A stretch of 64,000 nucleotides of DNA from Luteibacter sp. (lineage in GTDB: Bacteria; Pseudomonadota; Gammaproteobacteria; Xanthomonadales; Rhodanobacteraceae), in the NCBI RefSeq assembly GCF_036500425.1, contig NZ_DASYCB010000077.1, positions 26,411 to 90,410 of the forward strand, in the 5' to 3' direction. Of this stretch, positions 53,925 to 63,140 are shown one piece after another. Within the stretch, counting starts at the first letter, position 1, and every line of letters begins with the position of its first letter. The notes under the pieces are model-generated. The model was given only the letters and a program-made list of their open reading frames with translations, was not told where the DNA came from and ran no database searches. A program made the position numbers and the translations under genes.

Positions 53925-54064
53925 GCCAATAGCGCGGGATGTCCTCGGACCTTCCTGTGGCGTCGCTCGAAGACATGTATGGTGGTAAGCCGGTCGCGGC
54001 GATGGACCGCCACCTGTCTCACCGCTTCGATCTTGAACTCGTCCGTATATCGTTTGCCAGTCAT
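53925..54064 (-). pseudogene. IS3-family transposase orfA remnant (first ~20 residues conserved, then degenerate)
   Basis: My own translation from ATG 54064 (GGAGG RBS at 54070-54076) gives MTGKRYTDEFKIEAVRQV, then scrambled sequence and a stop at ~53922. Another frame downstream shows a faint orfB-C-terminus-like YWREYN. Confidence 0.6.
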
Positions 54065-54290
54065 AACGACCTCCTCGGTTACCAGAAATTATGGCTCCAA
54101 GGTGTCTACGAAAGTCTGGGCGGTCCATATCTCGTGTTGGGGCTCACCATCTATGCAGCTCGCTTGCGCAGTTCGCGGAGCGTTTTGAAGAGACGACTGG
54201 GACGTTCAGACCTCTCTTCTTCCGGGCTCTCACCGATTTAGATTGCAATACTCACCCGCTGCATCCATAAGACTTCGCAGGACACTGGCA

Positions 54291-55421
54291 ATGCCCCTCA
54301 TCGACGGTAACGACCTCGCCGGTCAAATGCTGGCTCATGGCATCGGCGCTATTTGTATTGACACGAGCACGTACGAGAAGAACGCCTTTGCGTTCGACAA
54401 GGGCTTATTGGCTCAGTGCCCCGGCATACGGGAGTCGGGACTTCGGCTCCTCATGGTCGACGTCGTCGAGCGGGAGGTGCGAGCTCATCTCGCGAGCAAA
54501 ACGGAAGAGCAGGTAAAGACGCTCAGGAAGGAGCTTCGCTCCGCCCGACAAAGCGGCCTAGTGGATGACGTCGCAGTTGATTTGATGGCGTTCCAGGAGT
54601 TTGACGGGTGCCGCCACGCGATAGCTCGGCTGGATGAATTCAAGGGTTCTGCGGGTGTCGAGGTCGTCGTGGTTGCAGAACATTGCGATCTACAGAGATT
54701 AGTCGACGACTACTTTTCCTCTCAGCCGCCCTTTGCAGCCAACAGCAAGAAGAAATCCGAGTTCCCTGACGCCTTGACGCTCTTAGCGCTGGAGGCGTTC
54801 GGTGATGGGATGCAGCGTGGCATCCTTGTGGTATCCGAAGATAAGGGCTGGCATGACTATGCGGCGAACAGCCGGACAGTTTTTGCCGGGCCGGATTTGG
54901 CCACGGTTCTGCGCTCGCTGCCGGACAAAGAGGATGTCCACCTGCGAGATGCGGCGCTGGCTGTGAGCGGCGATGATTTCGTCGCGTTAAAAGGCCGGAT
55001 CGAGTTCGAACTAAACGGCCTTCCTATATATGCCGAGGTTGATGCCGGTTACCCGGCTGAAGCCGAGGTTGACTCCGTAAGTCTCACATATCTCCCCGAG
55101 CCAGCAGCCGATGGCTCCGACTTCAGGGCCATTAGAATCACTGACGGGAGCCTGGTCGTAAGCTGGACGGCTCAGGCCAAGATCCATTACGACGCGAGTC
55201 TCAGCGTGAGTATTCGAGATCCAATCGATCGTGACTATGTGGATCTTCCGGGTATGTCGGTTGAGGGCGAGGAGGAAGTCGAGCTTGAAATCCTGATCAC
55301 ATTCGATAGGAGGGGGGGCGTGGCCCACCCTAGGATTACCTTTGATACGGCTGACATTGTGGAAAAGGATTTGTGGCTGGATTTGGGCTATGTCGAGTAC
55401 AGCCTGGCAGGGGAGGATTGA
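54291..55421 (+). CDS. PIN-like (DUF4935-type) domain protein, possible stand-alone defence/toxin gene
   Basis: ATG 54291. N-terminal half (ICIDTSTYEKNAF...LLMVDVVEREV...KKSEFPDALTLLALE...ILVVSEDKGW) resembles the PIN-like DUF4935 pattern from memory. Unassigned C-terminal beta-rich half. Confidence 0.55.
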   Translation: MPLIDGNDLAGQMLAHGIGAICIDTSTYEKNAFAFDKGLLAQCPGIRESGLRLLMVDVVEREVRAHLASKTEEQVKTLRKELRSARQSGLVDDVAVDLMAFQEFDGCRHAIARLDEFKGSAGVEVVVVAEHCDLQRLVDDYFSSQPPFAANSKKKSEFPDALTLLALEAFGDGMQRGILVVSEDKGWHDYAANSRTVFAGPDLATVLRSLPDKEDVHLRDAALAVSGDDFVALKGRIEFELNGLPIYAEVDAGYPAEAEVDSVSLTYLPEPAADGSDFRAIRITDGSLVVSWTAQAKIHYDASLSVSIRDPIDRDYVDLPGMSVEGEEEVELEILITFDRRGGVAHPRITFDTADIVEKDLWLDLGYVEYSLAGED

Positions 55422-55554
55422 TCTTTAGACGGCCCTGCTAACGACCGATAGGGGCATCGGCCTCGAGCAACGCGACGATCTTCCCGCCTTAACATTACCC
55501 TGCCGATCCTCGGTGCAGTATCCGATCGTCCCGCACCCACCATCGGAGATAGCC

Positions 55555-55857
55555 ATGACCACCAAGAGCCTCTACGTCGAACTGCACGCGAAGCCCGGCC
55601 GCGAAGAAGACGTCGCCGCGTTCCTCGAAAGCGCCAAAGGTCTCGTCGATGCCGAACCCGGCACCACCGCCTGGTTCGCCGTGCGTTTCGACAAGAGCAC
55701 GTTCGCCATTTTCGATGCATTCGGCGACGACGCAGGCCGCGACGCCCATCTGAACGGCAAGGTCGCCGCGGCGTTGATGGCCAATGCGAGCGAGCTGCTC
55801 GCCAGTGCGCCCCAGATCCGCAAGGCGGACGTCCTGGCCGACAAGCTGCCGGGCTGA
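55555..55857 (+). CDS. ABM (antibiotic-biosynthesis-monooxygenase-like) domain protein
   Basis: ATG 55555 with GGAG 8 nt upstream. 100 aa. LYVELHAKPGREEDVAAFL...TTAWFAVRFDKSTFAIFDAF is typical of the ferredoxin-like ABM fold family. Confidence 0.65.
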   Translation: MTTKSLYVELHAKPGREEDVAAFLESAKGLVDAEPGTTAWFAVRFDKSTFAIFDAFGDDAGRDAHLNGKVAAALMANASELLASAPQIRKADVLADKLPG

Positions 55858-55988
55858 CTGCTCCACGGTGTGAGGCACGCGCGCCGGCCGACCTGGATTC
55901 GAAGGCGCGCCCGTCCAAATTTCGTCCGAACGCGTAGACATACCGGAGATATCGCCGAGATATTCCCCGGCCATTTTCCGGCCATCTA

Positions 55989-56130
<142 letters not shown>

Positions 56131-56280
56131 ACGGGAGCCGCGTATATTAGCGACGACCGGGTCCCCTTGCAACAGGTTGTCTCACTTTTTTTACAAATCG
56201 CCCGCAGGGCGGTCCGTGGCCATCTGATACTCTATGGGGCTGCCGCTTGGCGCCCCACGTACTGCCCGAAGAGGATTTGC

Positions 56281-57669
56281 ATGGCACTCACCCCGGCCCG
56301 CACGATGCCTGGTGTCCTCGAGCTCCTGCCGCTCGACCAGATCGCGTTCCAGCGCATGCTCGATACCATCCGCCGCAACTACGAGCGGTTCGGTTTCCTG
56401 CCTATCGAAACGCCGGTGATCGAGCATAGCGACGTCCTGCTGACCAAGACCGGCGGCGAGACCGAGCGCCAGGTCTACTTCGTACAGTCCACCGGCGCGC
56501 TCAACGCGGCCGACAAGGAGCAGGGCGGCGTTCCCGAGCTGGCCTTGCGCTTCGACCTCACCGTGCCGCTGGCGCGCTACGTCGCCGAGCACGAGCACGA
56601 CCTGAGCTTCCCGTTCCGCCGTTACCAGATGCAGCGGGTCTACCGCGGCGAGCGCGCCCAGCGCGGGCGCTTCCGCGAGTTCTACCAGTGCGACATCGAT
56701 GTGATCGGCAAGGATTCGCTATCGGTGCGTTACGACGCCGAGATCCCGGCGGTCATCTATAGCGTGTTCCGTGAGTTGAACATCGGCGCGTTTACGATCC
56801 AGCTCAACAACCGCAAGCTGATGCGCGGTTACTTCGAGAACCTGGGCGTGGCTGACCCCGAGCAGCAGATGCTCGTGCTGCGCGAAGTGGACAAGCTCGA
56901 CAAGCGCGGCCCCGATTACGTGCGCGATACCTTGACCGGCGAGGCCTTCGGCCTGTCGGCGGAAGTCGCGGAGAAGATCCTCGCCTTCGTCCAGGTGCGT
57001 TCCACCAGCGTCGACGACGCGTTCGCCAGGCTCGACGCCCTGGGCTCCGGTTCGGAAACCTTCGAACAGGGCAGGGCGGAGCTGAAAGAGGTCCTGGCGC
57101 TGATCCGCGATTTCGGCGTGCCCGAGACGCACTTCGCGCTGAACCTTTCGATCGCCCGCGGCCTCGATTACTACACGGGCACGGTCTACGAGACCACGCT
57201 CAACGATCACCTCGGCATTGGTTCGATCTGCTCGGGTGGCCGTTACGAAAACCTGGCCGGCCAGTACACCAAGTCGCACCTGCCGGGCGTCGGCATTTCC
57301 ATTGGCCTGACCCGTCTTTACTGGCAACTGCGCGACGCGGGCCTCATCTCGACCGCGCAGAGCACGGTGGATGTGCTCGTGACCCAGATGGATGCGGCGC
57401 AGATGCCGGCCTACCTGGCTGTCGCCAACGAGCTGCGCACCGCTGGCATCGCCACGGAGGTGGTGCTGGAAGGCGGCAAGCTCGGCAAGCAGTTCAAGTA
57501 CGCCGACCGGGCAGGTATCCGTTTCGTGATCGTGCTGGGCGAGGATGAAATCGCCAAGGGCGTGGTCACGGTGAAGGACCTGCGCCGCGAAGATCAGTTC
57601 GAAGTGGCTCGCGTGGACCTGGTGAAGACCTTGCGCGTCGAGCTTGCCCAAGCCGAGATCGGCCGTTAA
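56281..57669 (+). CDS. hisS: Histidine--tRNA ligase
   Basis: Trimmed to ATG 56281 ([17 protein letters not shown]...). Class II motifs ([34 protein letters not shown]). C-terminal anticodon-binding domain. The neighbouring hisG is the long form, so HisZ is unlikely. Confidence 0.88.
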   Translation: MALTPARTMPGVLELLPLDQIAFQRMLDTIRRNYERFGFLPIETPVIEHSDVLLTKTGGETERQVYFVQSTGALNAADKEQGGVPELALRFDLTVPLARYVAEHEHDLSFPFRRYQMQRVYRGERAQRGRFREFYQCDIDVIGKDSLSVRYDAEIPAVIYSVFRELNIGAFTIQLNNRKLMRGYFENLGVADPEQQMLVLREVDKLDKRGPDYVRDTLTGEAFGLSAEVAEKILAFVQVRSTSVDDAFARLDALGSGSETFEQGRAELKEVLALIRDFGVPETHFALNLSIARGLDYYTGTVYETTLNDHLGIGSICSGGRYENLAGQYTKSHLPGVGISIGLTRLYWQLRDAGLISTAQSTVDVLVTQMDAAQMPAYLAVANELRTAGIATEVVLEGGKLGKQFKYADRAGIRFVIVLGEDEIAKGVVTVKDLRREDQFEVARVDLVKTLRVELAQAEIGR

Positions 57670-57681
57670 TCCAACAAGACC

Positions 57682-57748
57682 TGTAGGAGCGCGCTTGCGC
57701 GCGATGGCACTTGCGGTAACCCCCATCGCGCGCAAGCGCGCTCCTACA
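57682..57748. repeat. REP-like perfect 26-bp inverted repeat (likely hisS terminator/insulator)
   Basis: tgtaggagcgcgcttgcgcgcgatgg (57682-57707), 15-nt loop, ccatcgcgcgcaagcgcgctcctaca (57723-57748). Confidence 0.85.
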
Positions 57749-57777
57749 TTCCTAGCTCATTGCACGGTACGTACGCC

Positions 57778-59676
57778 ATGACCAGCAGCATCCTCCTCGA
57801 CGGACGCAGCCTTACGCGCGCCCAGGTTGTCGCCATTGCCCGCCAGGGCGTCAGCATCCACCTCGACGAGCCGCAACTGCTCAAGGTGAAGCGCGCCGCG
57901 GATTTCCTTGCGGAAAAAGTCGGTGGGGGCGAGCCGATCTATGGCGTGACCACCGGCTTCGGCAGCAATGCCGACAAGCTGCTCGGTGCCCACCGTGTGC
58001 GCGATGAGCTTCCCGGTGGCAACCCCGAGGCGCGCGAAGGCACGCTGATGGAGGAGCTGCAGCACAACCTGATCATTACCCACGCGGTTTGTGTCGGTAA
58101 GCCGTTCGCCGTGGATGTCGTTCGCGCGATGCTCGCGATCCGCGTGAATACGCTGATGCGCGGCCACTCGGGTATCCGCGTGGAAACCCTGCGCGCGCTG
58201 GCGGAGCTGCTCAACCGCAACGTCATCCCGGTCATCCCGGAAAAAGGTTCGGTCGGTGCGAGCGGCGACCTTGCACCGCTGTCGCACCTGGCGATCGTGC
58301 TGCTTGGTGGCGGCGAAGCCTTCTACGAGGGCGAGCGCGTATCGGGTGCCGAAGCGCTGAAGCGCGCCGGCCTCGCACCGGTCCGCCTGTCCTTCAAGGA
58401 AGGCCTGGCGCTGAATAACGGCACCACGCAGATGCTGGCGACCGGCGTGCTGGCGCTGGCCTCGATCGAAACCCTCATCAAGACCGCCGACATCGCGCTG
58501 GCCATGACGCTCGACGCGTTCGCCGGCCGCACGGGCGCGTATGCAGAGCAGGTCCACGCCCTGCGTCCGCATCCGGGCCAGGTGGCGTCGGCCGCCGAGT
58601 TCCGCCGTCTGCTCGAAGGCTCCACGCTGGCCGATATCGCTTACCACATGGTTCCGCGTTTCCGCTCGTGGCAGGCCGATTCGTGGACGGCGCCGGCCGA
58701 GCAGGCCTACCGCTTCGACATTAGCTGGGACTGGGTGCCGGCTACCCAGCGCCACGGCAAAGAGGCGTTCTATTCGCGCTTCCTGCCGTTCAAGGGTGGC
58801 AAGAAACACCAGCCGCAGGACGCCTACTGCCTGCGCTGTGCCCCCCAGGTGCACGGCGCGGTGCGCGATGCGTGGGAGCAGGCCTGCCGCGTATTCGATG
58901 TGGAGCTCAACGCGGTGACCGATAACCCGCTGGTGTTCCCGGATGCGGAAAACGCCGAGGTCATCGAAGATCAGGTGATTTCCGCCGGCCACTTCCATGG
59001 CATGCCGCTGGCGCTAGCGATGAGCTACGTCAAGGCGGCGATTCCCGTGCTGGCCTCGATCTCGGAGCGGCGCACTGCCAAGCTGGTGGATCCGGCCAAT
59101 AACGATGGCCTGCCGGCCTTCCTTATCGGTAACGAGGACGCCACCGACTCGGGCTTCATGATCGTGCAGTACACCGCTGCCGCACTGGTGAATGATCTCG
59201 CCACACGCGCGCACCCGGCATCGGTGTACTCGGTGCCGACCAGTGCGAACGCCGAAGACCATGTGTCGATGGGCGCCAACGAGGCGCGTCATGTGCTGGA
59301 GATGACCGAAGACCTCGGCCACGTGCTGGCGATGGAGCTCTATACCGCGGCACAGGCACTGGAATACCGCCAGGACATGCTCAACGCAGCGCGCACGCTG
59401 GCGCTACGCGGCGATTGGCAGGCGCTGGCGTCGAAGATTAATGGTGCGCCGCGCGCCGATTCACCGCATTACCCGCGCTTTGAAGAGGAAGTGCGTGCCC
59501 TCATGGCCGCGCTGGCCTCGGCCGAGGACTTCCATGCGGGTGTATCGGTGCGTCAGGCGCTGGCGACCCTCCGCGAACACATCGCTTTCATGCAGCGCGA
59601 TCGCGCGATGGACGGTGATGTGCGCGCCGTGTGCGAGCTGGTCGCCTCCGGCCGCCTGGTGTCGGCCGACACCTAA
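57778..59676 (+). CDS. Aromatic amino acid ammonia-lyase (HAL/PAL/TAL family) with internal insertion
   Basis: ATG 57778. GVTTGFG, MIO-forming GSVGASGDLAPLSHL, QDAYCLRCAPQVHGA, NPLV. 632 aa versus ~510 for a typical HutH. Confidence 0.88.
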   Translation: MTSSILLDGRSLTRAQVVAIARQGVSIHLDEPQLLKVKRAADFLAEKVGGGEPIYGVTTGFGSNADKLLGAHRVRDELPGGNPEAREGTLMEELQHNLIITHAVCVGKPFAVDVVRAMLAIRVNTLMRGHSGIRVETLRALAELLNRNVIPVIPEKGSVGASGDLAPLSHLAIVLLGGGEAFYEGERVSGAEALKRAGLAPVRLSFKEGLALNNGTTQMLATGVLALASIETLIKTADIALAMTLDAFAGRTGAYAEQVHALRPHPGQVASAAEFRRLLEGSTLADIAYHMVPRFRSWQADSWTAPAEQAYRFDISWDWVPATQRHGKEAFYSRFLPFKGGKKHQPQDAYCLRCAPQVHGAVRDAWEQACRVFDVELNAVTDNPLVFPDAENAEVIEDQVISAGHFHGMPLALAMSYVKAAIPVLASISERRTAKLVDPANNDGLPAFLIGNEDATDSGFMIVQYTAAALVNDLATRAHPASVYSVPTSANAEDHVSMGANEARHVLEMTEDLGHVLAMELYTAAQALEYRQDMLNAARTLALRGDWQALASKINGAPRADSPHYPRFEEEVRALMAALASAEDFHAGVSVRQALATLREHIAFMQRDRAMDGDVRAVCELVASGRLVSADT

Positions 59677-60464
59677 GTGCGCCCTTTGCGGGAAGCGCGG
59701 GCTTTTCGCGCCGCGCCTCCCCGCCGTTTCGTCGCGACATAGGCCTCATCGTCGTCGTCGTCTTCTTCGAGCAAGGTCGGGACGTCTGGGTCGTCGTCGT
59801 ACCCCGCTGACATGAAGTCATCGACCAGACCCGCCCGTACGTTGGCGAGGTATTGGTAGAACTGCGCATCGTTCTTCAACCCGAGCTTGGCCATGGCCGT
59901 GCGCTTTTGCCGGCTGATGGTCTTGATGCTGCGCTCCATGAGGCGGCTGATGTCGATGAGCGACATCCCTTGCGCATACGCGCGCAGCACATCGAGCTCG
60001 CGCTGGGTTAGCGGATTCGACGTACCGCCTAGCCCATTTCCGTAATCCATGTCGCGAAGTGCGCGCCGCACCGCGGGGCTCAGGAACGTGCGCCCGATGT
60101 GGGCTGCATACACGGCGGTGGGCATGTCGCGCAGGCTCGCACGTTTGTCGAAAAGCGCCGACACGCCGAGATCGAGCATCAGACGCAGGGAGGGCAGGTT
60201 GCCCAACCGGGACATGACGACGATGCCGACGTCCGGGCGCATGTCGCGGATGCGGCGCACGAGCCCCACGCCATCGGGATGGCGGCCGTACGGCATGAAC
60301 GGGTCGGCGACCAGGACCTCGCAGTCGGCCTCGGCCATGGTCTGGATGAGGGTGTCGGTATCGTTCACGCGGGCGACGACGTTAAAGCGATGCGTGTTGA
60401 GGGCGGCTTCGACGCCGGCGACGACGACTGGCTGGTCGTCGGCGATGACAACAGGGCTCGTCAT
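59673..60464 (-). CDS. LuxR/NarL-family response regulator with acidic/basic C-terminal tail
   Basis: Trimmed to ATG 60464 (MTSPVVIADDQP...). Receiver domain (VLVADPFMP, VVMS) and LuxR HTH (LTQRELDVLRAYAQGMSLIDISRLMERSIKTISRQKRTAMAKLG). Tail EEDDDDDEAYVATKRRGGAARKARASRKGRT. Confidence 0.85.
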   Translation of the reverse strand: MTSPVVIADDQPVVVAGVEAALNTHRFNVVARVNDTDTLIQTMAEADCEVLVADPFMPYGRHPDGVGLVRRIRDMRPDVGIVVMSRLGNLPSLRLMLDLGVSALFDKRASLRDMPTAVYAAHIGRTFLSPAVRRALRDMDYGNGLGGTSNPLTQRELDVLRAYAQGMSLIDISRLMERSIKTISRQKRTAMAKLGLKNDAQFYQYLANVRAGLVDDFMSAGYDDDPDVPTLLEEDDDDDEAYVATKRRGGAARKARASRKGRT

Positions 60465-60628
60465 GCGGGCGGCTCGTGGCTCCAGGGGATGTGCTGCCAT
60501 CTTGGCGACCGCTAGCCCCGCGGTATATGGAACAAAAGCGCAATCTTCTGTCGGCGCTTTCCCCAAATAGTTGCCACTGTGTAGTTGCCAGCCTACAATG
60601 ACCTATCGTATTAACGCATTAGTACATT

Positions 60629-60946
60629 ATGAAGCGACGCTCCCTTGACCCTGAAACGCCGGCCGACTCGGCCGAAACCAGCCTCTGCGAGGCCCTGCTG
60701 GGGCTCTCATCGGTGGATGAGATGCGGGCGTTCCTGCACGACCTGTGCACCCCGGCTGAGCTCGAGGTCATGGTCGATCGGTGGCGCGTGGTGCCTTACC
60801 TGCTCGATGGGCGTTCCTACCGGGAGATCCACGAGCGCACAGCGGTCAGCATCACCACGATCGGGCGCGTCGCGCGCTACCTGAACCAGGGAGCGGGCGG
60901 CTACATGGCCGCCGCCGCCCGCCGGACCAAGGAACCCAGCGCATGA
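60629..60946 (+). CDS. YerC/YecD-type TrpR-related protein
   Basis: 105 aa. EMRAFLHDLCTPAELEVMVDRWRVVPYLLDGRSYREIHERTAVSITTIGRVARYLNQGAGGY. Confidence 0.8.
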   Translation: MKRRSLDPETPADSAETSLCEALLGLSSVDEMRAFLHDLCTPAELEVMVDRWRVVPYLLDGRSYREIHERTAVSITTIGRVARYLNQGAGGYMAAAARRTKEPSA

Positions 60947-61836
60947 AGCCGCGTGACCGCCTGCGTATCGCCATGCAGAAATCCGGCCGCCTGACCGAGC
61001 CCGCGCAAGAGCTGCTGGCCCGCTGCGGCCTCAAATTCCGGCAGAGCCGCGACAAGCTGTTCTGCTTTGGCGAGGGCGAGCCTGTCGACCTGCTGCTGGT
61101 TCGCGACGACGACATCCCCGGACTGATCGCCGAGGGCGTCTGCGATCTCGGCATCGTCGGCCGCAATGTCCTGCGTGAATTCCAGCTCGCCAACCCGGAA
61201 GCGGGGACGGGCCTCGACGAGCTGCGTCCGCTGGGCTTCGGCAGCTGCCGCCTTTCCATCGCGATGCCGCAGGAAGAAGGCTACGACGATCCCTCGCAAC
61301 TCAACGGCCAGCGTATCGCGACCTCATATCCCGGGTTGCTCGGCGACTGGCTGCGCACGCACAACGTCGATGCGAAAGTGGTGTATCTCGCCGGTTCGGT
61401 AGAGATCGCCCCTCGTCTCGGCACCGCCGATGCCATCTGCGATCTTGTCTCCAGTGGCGCCACCCTGGTCGCCAACCAGTTGCGCGAAGCGGCGGTCGTG
61501 GTGGAAAGCGAAGCCGTGCTTGCTGGCCACCGCGTGCTGCCCAGCGATGAGCGTGGCGAGATCGCCGAACTGCTGCTGCGTCGCCTGGATGGCGTGATCC
61601 AGGTGCGTGATTCGCGGCTGATCCTGATGCAGGCCTCGCGCGACGCGTTGCCTGCGATTACCCGGCTGCTGCCCGGCTTGCCGGTTCCCACGTTGACCGC
61701 GGTCGACGGCGCGCCCGACCAGGTGGTGCTGCAGGCCCTGTGCGCCGGCAGCGTGAGCTGGCGGCAACTGGAAGATATGAAGCGTGCCGGTGCGCGCGAC
61801 ATGCTGGTGCTGCCGGTGGAGAAGATGCTGGCATGA
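60943..61836 (+). CDS. hisG: ATP phosphoribosyltransferase (long form)
   Basis: ATG 60943 overlaps the upstream stop (ATGA). [58 protein letters not shown]. 297 aa. Confidence 0.93.
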   Translation: MKPRDRLRIAMQKSGRLTEPAQELLARCGLKFRQSRDKLFCFGEGEPVDLLLVRDDDIPGLIAEGVCDLGIVGRNVLREFQLANPEAGTGLDELRPLGFGSCRLSIAMPQEEGYDDPSQLNGQRIATSYPGLLGDWLRTHNVDAKVVYLAGSVEIAPRLGTADAICDLVSSGATLVANQLREAAVVVESEAVLAGHRVLPSDERGEIAELLLRRLDGVIQVRDSRLILMQASRDALPAITRLLPGLPVPTLTAVDGAPDQVVLQALCAGSVSWRQLEDMKRAGARDMLVLPVEKMLA

Positions 61837-63140
61837 AGCGGATCGACTGGAACACCCTGGATGAGGCGGGCCGCGCCGCCGCGTTGGCCCGACCCGCACA
61901 GTCGCGCTCGCCGGCGCTGCGCCGTAGCGTGGAAGCGATCATCGCCGAGGTTCGCGCGCGCGGAGACGTGGCGCTGCGTGAACTGACCGCGCGCTACGAC
62001 GGCGCGACGTTGAAAGCGCTCAACGTGACCGAGGAGGAGTTCGACGCCGCGGAAGCGCGCCTGGCCCCGGACCTCAAGGCGGCGGTGCGCGAAGCCGCCG
62101 AACGGATCGAACGGTTCCACCGTGCCGCGGCGCCCGTGGCGGTCAGCGTCGACACGGCGCCGGGCGTTCGCGTGGAGCGCGTGCTGCGGCCGATCCACCG
62201 CGTGGGCCTGTACGTGCCCGCCGGTGGCGCGCCGTTACCCTCTACCGCGATCATGCTGGGCGTCCCTGCCAGCATCGCCGGTTGCCAGGAGGTGGTGTTG
62301 TGCACCCCGGTGCAGGCGAATGGCCGCTGCGACGACGCGGTGTTGTTTGCCGCGCGAGCCACGGGTGTGCACACGGTCTTCAAGCTCGGCGGCGCGCAGG
62401 CGATCGCCGCGATGGCTTACGGCACCGCATCGATCCCGCGTTGCGACAAACTGTTTGGCCCAGGCAATGCGTGGGTCACCGAAGCCAAGCTGCAGGTCTC
62501 GGGTGACCCTGATGGTACGGCGATCGATATGCCGGCGGGGCCGTCGGAAGTCCTGGTGATCGCCGATGCCGCCGCGAACCCACGATTCATCGCCGCCGAC
62601 CTGCTCTCGCAGGCCGAACACGGTCCGGATTCGCAGGTCTTGCTGGTGAGTCCTTCCGCTGCGCTGATCGACCAGGTGGCGCTCGACGTCGAGCGTCAGC
62701 GCCTTGAGCTACCGCGTGCCGAAGTGGCCGCCAGCGCGCTGGCCGAAAGCCGCCTTGTGCTCGTGAAAGACCTCGACCAGGCACTGGCGGTGAGCAATCG
62801 TTACGCCCCGGAGCACCTGATCATCCAGACCGCGCGTCCGCGCGACTTGCTCGATGGTGTCGAGTCCGCCGGCTCGGTCTTCCTTGGCGAATGGACGCCC
62901 GAATCGCTCGGCGACTACTGCAGCGGAAGCAACCACGTACTGCCCACCTATGGCTACGCGCGCAGCTATAGCGGCGTCTCCGTCGCCAGTTTCCAGAAGC
63001 AGGTGACCGTGCAGGAGGCGACCGCCGACGGCCTGCGTGCGATCGGCCCCTGCGCTGCGACGCTCGCCGCGGCGGAGCAGCTGGACGCTCATCGCCGCGC
63101 CGTGACCTTGCGCCTGGAGTCGATGGAGGATGCGCCATGA
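61833..63140 (+). CDS. hisD: Histidinol dehydrogenase
   Basis: ATG 61833 overlaps the hisG stop. [46 protein letters not shown]. 435 aa. Confidence 0.95.
   Translation: MKRIDWNTLDEAGRAAALARPAQSRSPALRRSVEAIIAEVRARGDVALRELTARYDGATLKALNVTEEEFDAAEARLAPDLKAAVREAAERIERFHRAAAPVAVSVDTAPGVRVERVLRPIHRVGLYVPAGGAPLPSTAIMLGVPASIAGCQEVVLCTPVQANGRCDDAVLFAARATGVHTVFKLGGAQAIAAMAYGTASIPRCDKLFGPGNAWVTEAKLQVSGDPDGTAIDMPAGPSEVLVIADAAANPRFIAADLLSQAEHGPDSQVLLVSPSAALIDQVALDVERQRLELPRAEVAASALAESRLVLVKDLDQALAVSNRYAPEHLIIQTARPRDLLDGVESAGSVFLGEWTPESLGDYCSGSNHVLPTYGYARSYSGVSVASFQKQVTVQEATADGLRAIGPCAATLAAAEQLDAHRRAVTLRLESMEDAP

Noticed and set aside
53775-54241. ORFs 53775-54128 (-), 53871-54188 (+) and 53939-54241 (+).
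   Set aside because: They overlap the degenerate IS3 orfA remnant, and their translations lack any protein-like pattern.
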